Positions 1-11,800 of a DNA stretch of 64,000 nucleotides are shown here, piece after piece. Each line of letters begins with the position of its first letter. Position 1 is the stretch's first letter. The notes beneath the pieces were generated by a model. The model was not told where the DNA came from. It saw only the letters and a program-made list of their open reading frames with translations, and ran no database searches. The DNA is from Geosiphon pyriformis uo1 (Eukaryota > Fungi > Glomeromycota), in contig JAAOMT010000703.1 of assembly GCA_016748015.1 (NCBI GenBank), forward strand, positions 62,001 through 126,000, given 5' to 3'. Both the position numbers and the translations under genes were made by a program.

Positions 1-969
1 TTAAGCCATAAATTAACAATAATTAAACATAAAAATTATTATTAATTATCAAATAATTTGTTATAATAACACAAAAAAAAAAGAAAAACAAAGATTATTT
101 CATATTAGCAACTACAAAATTAAACAAAGTACTGGTTGAATAAAATTATAGAAAAAGTAAAAAACACTTTTAAAAAAATACCAATTACTATTCTAACAGA
201 AAAATTAATTAAAAACTGGAAACTATAAATAAAACAACTTCCAATAGCATATTATTACTATTAGTTGGGATGAAAACTAAATATTTAGAAATTATATACT
301 AACAAATCTAAAAAAATATTCAATCAAGAAATAATACAACAGATTGAAAACTTTATTAAAAAAAAACCAAATTCTATATTATATATCAAAACAATTTATT
401 AACTATACACTATATTTCAAAATTATTCAAAAATACTACTACATTTAGAAATAAAACAATAACTGTTAACTAATGAGAAAGAATAACCAACTCTTAATTC
501 AAAGACATAAAAACCAAAATTAAACAAACAGTAAAAAAAGAAATAATAGATTTAATTCAAAATAAAAATTTTAGTAAAGCTTAATATTAAAGAAAAAAAT
601 AATATTACTTATAAAAAAGAGCATAAAAAAAAATCGGAAAAACAAATCATAAAATAAATTAATAAAAAAATAATATTTAATAAGTAAGCATATTTTCAAG
701 AAATTATGACACATTTTTAGGAAGTAGCATAAAAAAAGTAAAAATGTGTAAAATTTCATATAACACAAATTATGTATATATAGCAAGAGTATTAAAAGCA
801 GAAAAAACAGAACAGTAATTAGAGACAAATAATTATCTAATATTTTTCTTTTCAAAAGATAGTTTTCTATAATTTGAAATAGAATTATATTCATATTAAT
901 AAAATACTTAATTATCATTCAATCTAAGTTATTATTTCTTGATTGAAAATTTTCATTATTTTTTTACTA
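1..969 (+). mobile_element. Decayed 3' part of a Gypsy element (extra 3' ORF remnant plus first part of 3' LTR)
   Basis: ~315-470 aligns by eye to the reverse complement of 53820-53975 (tattcaatcaagaaataatacaacag...aaaacaataactgttaac vs ORF3 IFNKEAIQQ...KTITVN). The LTR continues at 7802 after the LINE insertion. Internal boundaries approximate. Confidence 0.55.
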
Positions 970-1009
970 TTAATAATTTATTTTTATTTTTTTTTTCTTT
1001 TGTTTTATG

Positions 1010-1122
1010 AGTGCAGTCCAACCACTATCTAGTATACAGATGCAAGCTAAGTGAATCTAACTAAATATGGCTCACACATTTGCTACATGTGACTAGCCAT
1101 TCGAGCCAATCTAGGCAGCACT
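1010..1122 (-). other. LINE 3'-UTR structured RNA element (four-way junction), copy A
   Basis: Closing stem AGTGCTGCCT/GGACTGCACT. Hairpins GATTGGC/GCTAGTC, TCACATGT/ATGTGTGA, GCCATATTTAGT/ACTAGATAGTGGT. Same layout in six other copies. Confidence 0.65.
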
Positions 1123-4100
1123 ATGCATTTATGTAAACTTTGATATCATCACAAACACCAGAGAAAAAAAAACAAGCCTTATATAAACTAAAACTAACAG
1201 CAAAAGCCTCATTAATACCAAAAAGACAAACTATATTACTAGACAAATGTTTAACAGAATCAGCTAAAAGACCAATGGAAATCTCCAAGGCACAAACCAA
1301 ACCACATTTTTCTATGTCCACTCTAAACTTAGCCCTGGTCAACCACAAACCACACCAGTGTTTTTTCATCATGCATCAAACAAAATCAGCCACCACCAAA
1401 ACAGCCTGATTTCAATCCTTGAAATGTGCTGAAGCTTTATCGACCCATTCCTATAAAACAAAGCCTTTACACAATCGCATATACACTCCCGAATTATGAC
1501 ATCCAGCAAGTAGAGTACGCAACATAGGAGAGGACGCCGAAAAGCAGCCCACCAGCAGCAACTTCCACAGAGTGATCCTGTCCAACAAAATATCAGTATG
1601 CAAAGCTGCCTCACTTTGACAAGTAAACACATGATCTGACAGTTCAAAATCACTGCACATTAAACAGAGAACTCCAGGATAACATTTATCATACAATCTT
1701 TTATGAACAGCAACTGGTAACTTTCTATGAACCACTTTTATTAAGTAAGTATAGAGAATAGCCGAAGCTCGACTCATAAAGTCTGATAGCATGTGGGAGT
1801 CTGGATGCCAAACTGAAGCCGCACACTTCCAATTAACTCTTACGATCAACTCTTCATCGAGTACCACAGAGCCAGAACCAGCCTTCCACTGAGCATGACA
1901 GATAGACTTATAAATATCCTGGACAAAATATCGAGCATTACCCAAGACAACTTGGCTGTGAGCCATGATGTACCTTTTCTGAACACTTATAGAAAAAGAC
2001 AATTTGGAGTAAGCAGTATGCTCAGCTAGAACATCAGCCTTGTCATTGAGAGCATTATCTAAATGGCCTTTCACCTTCACCCACTCAACAGAAAAGTTCT
2101 TATCCTCAATCAACTTGCAGATACAATGCCTCTCCACTCAACATTTGTTCCTGAAATCAGGAGCAATTAAACCCAATTCTAAAGTACACACATCAATAGT
2201 AACCTGACTATCAGTGTTAATAACAACTGAGCATGAAAAAAAAACACATTCCAGCACCAGGACAATAGCATAAAGTTCAACCATAGTAGAGGAAAACAAC
2301 CCATTGACCTCAACTTCAATACCCACTTCAGCATTGGAAAAATAAGCTACAGTCCTACCTGCAACCTCAGCAGTGCCCAAGTAAGATAGAGAACTATCAG
2401 TATATACTACAAAGGCATTAGACCAGAACTCATGTAAATGTTTCCGAACATCCAAATATCTTTCTGAACCTAAAAAGTCTGAACCACCAGAAACTGCAGA
2501 CAGACCACCAGAAATGAGATGATGACCATCCACATACGCAGAGACTTTGGAGAACTACAAAGGTACAGGACCTTTGGAACATAGTTTCTTCTAGTGGCAA
2601 AAAGTCTTCTAACTTAGAACCAATCCATCTTTGCCCAATAATCTGTCACCAAAGGCAACACCAAAACGCTTCAAAGAGAGGACCACATTAAAATAATATG
2701 AACAACCCAAAATCATTAATACAGAAAAGAGACCAGCACCACAAAAGGCACAAGACAAATTGTTGGCCAGAGATATATCATTGTCCAAAAAAATTCTAAC
2801 CACACTAGCAAGAAAATTATTAAAGGGATTAACCTTCAACTTAATAGGATGTTGCAAGAGGTTTAATAAAGCCCATCCCAGAACCTGAAGATCCAAAAAA
2901 TGGTGTTTAAACAAATGCCCAAGAATACCAGGTGCATTTGAGAACCAAACCACTGAAGCCACTTTTCTCTCAGCCTAGATCTGTTTAAAAGTCTTCATGC
3001 CATAAAGGAAGGGATGATGTAAAGCCTCACTGGGAAAATCACAAGACAAATTTGCTTTAGATTTGAGACCCTTTCTCAACATAACATCCCATTTCAAGCA
3101 GACACTCTTAGAAACAAAGCTGAATTGTAATAGCCGACAATGGGTTGCAGGACTGAAGACATTAAGTACGCAAATTGCTTATCTGTCAAAGCTTTCCTGA
3201 AAACCGTATTGAAAAAGAACCTGACATCTGACTGAGCTTTAGCTAGACTGAATTTAAACAACCTGTCTGTTGACAAAAAAATGCCCAGGTACCTATAAGC
3301 CTCACCCTGTTTAGCAATAGGAATAGAAAGTCTATTAATACGTAAAGACATATTCAAAACCCTCCTGTTGATAGGAATCGCCACAGTCTTTTCACTATTA
3401 ATTGCGATATCATTAACCTCAAAAAACTTGCTCACAATATCCAAGATATGTTGTGTTAATGCTTGACCATTACCAATCCAAATAGTATTATCCACAAATG
3501 CACCTGCTGCAAAAAATGAAGACTGACTACCACTAGACTCAATTTTGCCAAATTTTGCCACAAAGTTGGTATTAATTCTGTAACCATATAAATGTTCTTG
3601 ATTCTTAACTTTGCACAACAAAAGGTCATAAAAAATCCTCCACAAGAGAGAAGAAAAGACCTTCTCTTGATCTAAACTATCCAACACGCTGTATTCATCT
3701 AAGAGGTCAAAATCAGTCATCACTCTATTGATTCTGCCTACATATAAGTTCCCAAAAAATGATACAAATCTGTCACACATTTTGATTTGCTTCAAACTGG
3801 CTTCTAATTGCTGCCAACCAACAGAATTATAGGTCTTATGCATATTTTGCAACACTAATCAAATCTCCCTATTCTTTTTCAAAGCATCTTCCACTATCAA
3901 ACCAACAGCAAAAACTGGAGATTGAGTGAAAGTATCCTTCAGGACTGAGAAATTGTTGCCCCGGAGAACATCACGTCTGAAACAGGCAGAAGAAATATGA
4001 TCAGACAACAATTTAGAAAGTATCTTTCTGGCTGTCTCAATCAATGCAATGGGTCTTGTATTTGTGAGAATGCCATCTCATTCATATGGTTTGGGAATCA

Positions 4101-5802
4101 TAGAAATCCAAGCTCTCTTCCAAAGGACTGGAACCCCACCAATAATTAAGCAAGAATTCAAAAGACTCAACAAACACTTAAGCATATTATCACTACAATG
4201 TTTCCAGAGCTTGTTAGTAATACCAAACAGGCCAGCCACTTTGCCATCAGGTAGACCCACAATTACATTCACTAATTCACTGAAACAGATGACATTCATA
4301 ACATTAAAGAAGGTGTTATCTTTCACATAATCCAAAGATGCGTATTAGTGAGTCCACCTGAAGGGCATCACTGAAGATGACATACACTCTCTTGTTCAGT
4401 CAACCATGATACTATCGACCCTGCCTTTCACCTCAATTGGATCCAAAACCATTTCATCACCTATGACCAAGTAGTCCAAAACAACTTTGCAAAAAAGCCG
4501 CTCCAAAATACTTCTAATCATGCCACCTTTGTCAAAACTGAAATTCTCCATGCATTTATCAATTGCACTCCTAATTACTGTATTCTTAGCCACTCTGGAT
4601 TCATGATACTTAGACTTCCTATAATACTTCCTAACTTGAGACAAATGCTTGAAAACCTCCACCGAATTAGCCCCATTCTGAACCAAAAAATCAAATTTGA
4701 AAGCCTCTTTATAATCTATCAGAAACCATCTTTTGATCAGAAAATCACACCTGTACTTATCATCTGTATTCAAACTCCTGACAACCTTAGCCACCAACAA
4801 TTCAAGTCCAAGAAACCTTGATGAATGTCTATTTTTTGAACAGTTAAATTCTCTAAACCAGCACCTAGAAAACGTAGTATCAGCAGCTCCCACTATAACT
4901 CCACTCAATACATCCCACATCCCATCCAGATCACCGAGAATCTTAGCATTTAAGAATCCGCTGATGACCAAAGACAGAGTAGCAGACACATTATCCTTAA
5001 ACTGTAATCATTTGAAAGGGTCAGCATCCTTAAAGTCAAACTTCCATCTGTTTCTGTTGGCCTGTTTGCAAATACTGTTCAGCTGAGCATCAAGAAAACC
5101 CTCCAATCCAATTGAAACTGAAATCATCTTATGATCCATGTCAAAAAAATCCAAAACCACGCCAATGTTCCGTTTTATTAGAACAGAAACTAAATTTTTA
5201 CTGACAAAAATGTAATCAATAACTTTTTCCACACCTTTGGAGTTACTCCACATAGGTGTTTTAGCCAGAGAATGTTCTTTGAAAGAGTTAACAAGACCCA
5301 GATCCAAGCATTTTCTGAGACTAGCACTCTTCTTGGTATCTGATTCATTGAAGTCCCCATCCAAGATTACAAAAGAGCTCAAATTAATAGCACAAGCAAT
5401 CAGGGAGTTGACAGCAAGAGCCTGACCATATTACACATTAGAAGATACACCTGCGTAGAGACCCATGACTGTAACTGAAAGTTTGCCCTTAAACAAAAGC
5501 TAAATTGAAATCAACCAACCAGGAATCTCGTCAATCTTTGAAACATGCCAAACCATAGAAAAGATCATAATAACAGCCATGTCAGCACCAGAAAAACTTA
5601 TATCAAGATCTGAAGTGAAAACGTGAACACCAAGAAACTTATTCATGATCTATGGCTTAACTCCAGATTTTAACTTTGTCTCTGTAATGATAGAAATGTC
5701 ATTTCCAGAATCCATATGCCATCTAACTACATTGTCCTGTTTGGCATGAACATTCATGCCCCTTATATTACACATTGCAATATTCCAAACTAAACTGTTC
5801 AT
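1121..5802 (-). pseudogene. LINE ORF2: AP endonuclease, reverse transcriptase, RNase H, CCHC zinc knuckle (many premature stops, one frameshift near 3100)
   Basis: Motifs WNIAMCNIRG, IITETKL, GDFN, IDYIF (APE); KVAG..GI, PKPYE, AGAFVDNTIW, YRYLG (RT); VYTDSSL, VELYAI, NTDSQ, WVKVKGH (RNase H); CLMC-x7-HVFTC. Confidence 0.92.
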
Positions 5803-7643
5803 TGAGATAAAGAAGAGACTGCAGAACCTGAGCCAGCACACATCAGATCTAATTTCTCTAACACCAAACAAATCAAAGCTTCGAAGGCCATCAACTTTGA
5901 CTCCAAACAGCCCACTTTTGAAGTCAAAATTTTTGAATTACTTGAACCTAAACTTAAGACACCAGAGGAAACTGAAGAGGGAGAAAGAACCACAGGCTTA
6001 GGATTATCCAAAACCATATTCGAATTAATCTCCATATTTGCTGTAACAAGGACAACTGAGGGCTGAGAAGAGAGGACAAAAGCCGAGGGCACCAGATTTA
6101 ATTTGTCAAGTTTGTTCACAATACCAAACACCTTATCCATGAGAAGCTCTAGAGAATGCTCCAAAGAAGTAAGACAAGTTTCCAAAAATAAACCAACAGG
6201 AACTGTAGGAGACAAGGGACCAATCACACCTGAGGCACCAGAAGAAGAGGAGCCAAAACCAGGATTGAAACCAAAGTGAGAACTATTAGATGAGGATGCC
6301 AGAGAGACAACCTGGGCCCATGATTTGCTGCCAAAAGCAGCTGGATGAAAAATAGGCACACTTTTTTTGGTATACAGCCTGGCCAACTGGAGGTGGTTCT
6401 CATCAGAGACAGCCCTTTTAAACGACTTAGAAGGTATAGAAGAGGTTAAGATCTTAGCATCACACTCTAGAACAGAATAACCAAGTGTCCTGTACCGTTT
6501 GCACCAAACCAGACCCAATCTAGCCCAAGACAGTCTCATCTCACTAAAAATAGGCTCTATATGAAACGCAGACTCCAATATTTCATCATTCTCAAAACAA
6601 ACCACAGCACAATGAATCCTATTGCCAATGTCCAATAATCAATTTATGACACAAGTTTTCCTACCAGCCTCTGTCAACAGATCACCAAGATCATAAGCCG
6701 TTGTTCCCACCAGCAAAGTAAACAAAAGTGCTTTGAACTGATCTCTAAAAGCCCATGTATCACAATCCCCAACAGCCATAGCCACACAGACAGAATCTTT
6801 ACCAATTAGGAAAAACCATTTTGAAACCAACTGCACTGCTTGACTCGATTCAGCAAATTCCACCACAGTCTTCTGCCACAGCCCAATAAGTTGTAATCAG
6901 ATCAACACCACTTGGCCAAACTCGGAAAGAGTGGTGACAATCATATTCTTAGACATATCCATGGGAATTTCTTTGATAACCACAGCCCAATTTGAATGAA
7001 TTCTTTGTTTCTTAAGATCGCTGTTTACAATGATCCCATTTTTCTGAGCCAATGAAGTGGCCTTTTCCATGCTAATCTCTGAAGTAAAAGTAGATCTGAT
7101 GATCCCTTCAAATTTTGAGGGGGTAGTGGCCCCCCCAAATCCATTAATACTTGAAAATAGTTTTCTAATAGTTTGAGTCTTTGCTGTTGCCGATTTCTTT
7201 TTCACAGCCAAGAGATTGATGTTCAAGATGAATGATTTTTTCACGGCCACTTCCACTCAAGTTTTAATGATTTTGGGATCTACCCACACCTTATTCAAAG
7301 AGAAAGACTTATGGGGGGGAAGAGAAACTTTTTCTTCCTCTTCCATGTCATAATTAATAGAACTGAAAAAAGAGCCAACAGTCGCACCATTATTGAAATG
7401 CTTGGCTTGGGGTGTATTTATCTTGGAACCAGGTATCCCATCATCTTTGGAAACTTCTTCATCAGTATCTATGCTATTAAACTGCCTGACCACACAGCCA
7501 GACCCACTACCTTTGAGAGTCGCACCACCATTTGAGAGCTTAGCACCACCAGAAGGTTTCTTAATATTATGACCTGAACCACTACCAACTGAACCAGTGG
7601 TCAAAACTCTCTCTGATCTTCTTTTAGCACTAGAACCACTCAT
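5799..7643 (-). pseudogene. LINE ORF1 (RRM-like region plus degenerate zinc knuckle), single frame with premature stops
   Basis: Fragments 7257, 6897, 6639 and 5799 are all in one frame. Homologous to ORF1 of copy C (NGFGGATTPSKF, AVVIKEIP, KALLFTL, SWAQVV). Confidence 0.85.
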
Positions 7644-7801
7644 AGTGGCAGCCAGACTAACAACAAAGGGTTTGTTTCTTGCAAAATAGTAGAAGACAGT
7701 ATACAAAAAACAGAAAAAACTTCTTTTAAAATTTGACTCTTTTTTAGGAATTTGGGACAAAGGAGAGAAAAAAGTTTTTTTTTTGTAATAGTTAATAATT
7801 T

Positions 7802-8272
7802 TCAAATCTGAATTTAAAACAACTTTCTTTTAACAATTTATGTTAATAAAATCCAATACTTAATTATACTAAACCAATAGTTCTTAATTACAGTTATTAA
7901 TAAGATACTAATTTATTATTTTTTTTTATTTATTTTTATTTTTTTTATTTTTTTGTTGTTTACTAAATTGATTAAGAAATTAAGTATTGAATAATTAATG
8001 TTAAGAATATTCTGGTAAAAAACTCATAAAGCAAGAATAAAAAACTTAAAAATAGCTTACTGAAAAGACATAACTGCTAAATTAAATTAGCTATTATATT
8101 GAAAACAGAAATTAAAAAAAAACTATTGATTAAATCTTTGTTTATTGTACAAAAAACTTAACCAAAACTTTCAGATCACAAAATTTTCAAAAATTATTAT
8201 TATTAATAACTATTAAGCACTAAGTTACAGATTTGTTATTTGTTTTAATATTCCAAATAATTACCTGTATTA
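7802..8272 (+). repeat. Decayed LTR remnant related to the Gypsy LTR at 52604/61734 (3' part, split by LINE copy A)
   Basis: Reverse complement ataaattagtatcttattaataactgtaattaagaactattgg matches LTR 62181-62222 ataaattagtattgtcaatcgctgtaatcaagagtgattgg next to the poly-A/T tract. Also an inverted copy of 15012-15490. Confidence 0.6.
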
Positions 8273-8760
8273 TTGTTTAATTATATTATTAAACAATTTA
8301 ATAAAAGCAATTATAATCAATAATATTAAATAAATAATTAACTTTTAATTTGAAAAATTACAAAAAGCAATATTTAATACAACTATTAAATATTATACCA
8401 AAAAAACAATTTTTAAAGATATATATAATTTTACAGAAGCTTAATTTTAAAAAAAAAATATTATTTAAATAAAAAACCAATTAAAAATTTATTAAAAAAA
8501 TATAATTAATACATAATTATAAAAAATAATACATAATAATATAAAATAATATAAAATAATTAATTATAATATAAAAAACAAAACAATAATATAGCAAATA
8601 ATAATAAATAATTAAAAGCAATTTTGTAAAACTAAAAAATAAGTATAAAAATAAGTAGTTGTAATAGACAGAAAAAAACAGAATTAAATATAATTTTGTT
8701 TATATAAAAAATTTTTATATTAATTTTTCTTATTATCTGTTTATATTTTATTATTTAAAT
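8273..8760 (+). mobile_element. Decayed Gypsy 3' fragment: end of extra ORF, PPT and start of LTR
   Basis: aaattacaaaaagcaatatttaatacaactattaaa...ttttacagaagcttaattttaaaaaa...aaaaaaccaatt matches the reverse complement of 53640-53790. End approximate. Confidence 0.6.
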
Positions 8761-8899
8761 AAAATTATTATTATTCTCTTATTTTAGAATTTTAAAACTT
8801 GTTATTAAAAGTTAATCTCCTAAATAATTACTTATTTTTATTTTTAATTAAATGCAATTAGCATAATATTTTTAAAACTTTAAAAATAACTTAAATTAA

Positions 8900-11800
8900 T
8901 TACTTTTGATTATAATAATTAATAAAATACTAATTTTTATTTATTTATTTTTTATTTATTTTTTAAAAAATAGCAACTTTAAAAATTAACTGGCTTAAAA
9001 TTAAACTTTATAATAATTTGATAAAAAAAAAACTTCTTTTAATTTTAAAAACATTAACTTATTAAAAAATAAAAAAATAACCAAATTTTAGTAATTGTGA
9101 TTAATTAATTCAGAAAAAAAACTTCAATAGCACAATTTCTAAAACAATATTTTTATGTTTTATAACTAAAAAATTCAATAAATAAATTTAGAACAACAGC
9201 AAATTTTTAAAAACTAATAAACTAATTTAATAAAAAACTAATACACCAAAAAAATTTTAAGTCTTTATTTTTATTTTAGAACAGCTTTTATTATTAAATT
9301 ATAAATGCCAAATATTATGATATTATTTTTATATTTACTTATAATATTATATTTCTATAATAATAATTTTAAATTCTTATTTGTGTATTTTAAAGCATTT
9401 TTTAGAAATTTTAGCTAATTGAATTTTTAAAATTACATATAAACTGGACTTTTTTTGTTTTTTTCTCATTATTATATTTTAAAAAAGTAATTTTATGTAA
9501 AGTTAACTTAATTTTAAACATAATAGTTAACAAATTTTATTAAAGCAATTTATTATAATTAATATTATAGACTATTTTTTAATTTTGACTATGAATAGCT
9601 TAAAAGTTTTTATTGCTAAAATTAATAACTTAAAAGTCAACTTTTTGATCTTGAAAAAATTAGTTAAAACAGTTTTAAAAAAGTTAGATTTTTTTGTTTA
9701 AATAGTTATTTGGTATTTTTATCTTATTTTTAAAAGCATAAATGTTTTTGTCAAGCAAAATAATATTATTAGATAATATAAAATTTAAATAATAAAATTT
9801 TAATTATTATAAAAATAAAGTTTTATTTAAGTATAAAATTATAAATTACTTACAAATTTAATAATATGTATGTTTTTATGTCAAATTTAAACTTGAATTT
9901 TTTGATTATTAATGTTATAATTATAAACAATTATTTAATTAAACATGTTTTTAAGATTTCTAAAATTTTTAATTAGTTTTTGTTTAAAAATAAATAATTA
10001 GTCATTATTTTGAATTTATATACTGAAATTTTATTTAATATTTACTTAGTTTATACTAATATTATTAATATAAGCATTTTTGTTATTTTGGGTAATAACT
10101 TTGATAAAAATAGTTTTAAGTACATTTTAAGTTTTAAAAAATGCTTAGATTTAGATTTAATTAATTTTTTAATAATATTATCAGAGATTTTTCTATTTTT
10201 TTTTTATGTTGTTAATGTTATTTTGTTGTTAATTTTGCTGTTAATAGAAAGTAATAAATTTCTAATAAGCTAAATTTTTTCAAAATATTTTTTATATTTT
10301 GAATTATGTATATTGTTAGACTTATAATAAAATAGCCAATTTTATATTAATTACTTGTATAATTATTTTATAATAAAATCAATTCTTTTACAAAAAAATT
10401 TTATTTATAAATCTTTTAATTAATATGCAGTTATTTTGCTGTAAAAATTAATTTTTTTACAAAATATTTTGACTATAGGTTATTAAAAATATAAAAAAAA
10501 TAAACTTAAGAAAAGAAATAAAAAATATGTATTAAAAAAGTTATTTCGAATCTAGGCTTAAAGATTACTAACAGTTACTAAAATTGGTAATTAATTAATT
10601 TCAAAATTTTAATTTCAAAAAAGTAATTTCAAGTAATAATAATTAAAAATTTTTGAGTTTTTAAGTAATTTTTATTGAAGTAATTTGTAATAACTAATTG
10701 TTAAGTAAAATATTTTAAGCTAAAAATTTAAAAAAAAATTGATTCTAACTAAAAAATATTTCCCCAAAAAAAAGCTTTTCTTTTATATAATTTGTTGTAG
10801 TATTATTCTGAAATTTAACATTTTTTTTTCTAATATTTTAGCAAACTAAAAATATATTTTATTTAATTACAAATTATTTTTGTAAACTCTAAGTTTTTTT
10901 AATAATAAAAATTATAAAAATAATTTTATGTTAATTGATATTTCAAATTTTTGCTAATAATAATAGTAGCTTTTTTATCAAAAAAGTAACTTAAAGTGAC
11001 TTATATAATATAAAAAAGTTAATAAATTTTATTTTGGTGTTTTTTTTTCTTGGTAATATTATAATAGTTTATAATTTTTTAAATGTGTAAAATTATTATT
11101 TACAATCATAAAAAGATATCTGTCTTAATTAGTTTAGGTAATTTCTTAAATACTTAATTTTTTATTTTATATAAATTATTAAAAGTTTATTCTAAAAAAT
11201 ATTAATGCTTCTGCATAAACTAATTTTAAAGTAGTAATATTGTTTTTAGCTAAAGCAGTTTTTAATGTATTTTTTTCAATAAAATCAATCAAAAATTTGA
11301 ATTTTATATAGATTTTTTTAAAAAATATTGTGTTTTTAACTATTAATTAAGTTTTTTTAAAGTTTTGGTTTAATGAATTATTAATAATAAAAAACTATTA
11401 TTTATTATGTTTTTATAATTTAAAGTTTTTGGTTTCAAAAATTTTAAAATAATTTATTTTGTGTTTAAGTTAAAATTTTAATTATTTTATATAAAAATGG
11501 TTTTTAAAAAATACTAAAAAAGTCTTCACAATTTTTGATTTAATAAGTAATAGTACTAAATTTTTGATTATTTAATAGATTTTATATATATCTAAGAAAA
11601 CTTAATAACAATTAAAAAATCTCAAATTTGAAAAATTAAATATAAAAAAAATACATAAAAAACTTTATAAATAACAAAAACTATATAATTTACAATATGT
11701 TAAAATGCTTTTTTTGTAAAGTAATTTTTAATTACTTGGTTATAAACAATAAAATTATTAGATATCTTAATAAAATAAAGTTATTTGTAAATTTAATTAT

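Larger units (their letters stand above)
980..7791 (-). mobile_element. Full-length LINE (non-LTR retrotransposon), inactivated; copy A
   Basis: ORF1 plus ORF2 (APE-RT-RNaseH-CCHC), A-rich tail (T-run 980-1006 on +), 10-bp TSD TTAATAATTT at 970-979 and 7792-7801. Confidence 0.92.

Noticed and set aside
571-918. AT-rich ORFs from the track (571-918, 13860-14120, 42638-42820, 53273-53570, 62409-62706)
   Set aside because: F/L/I/K/N/Y-rich chance frames in LTRs or decayed repeats; no independent gene evidence.
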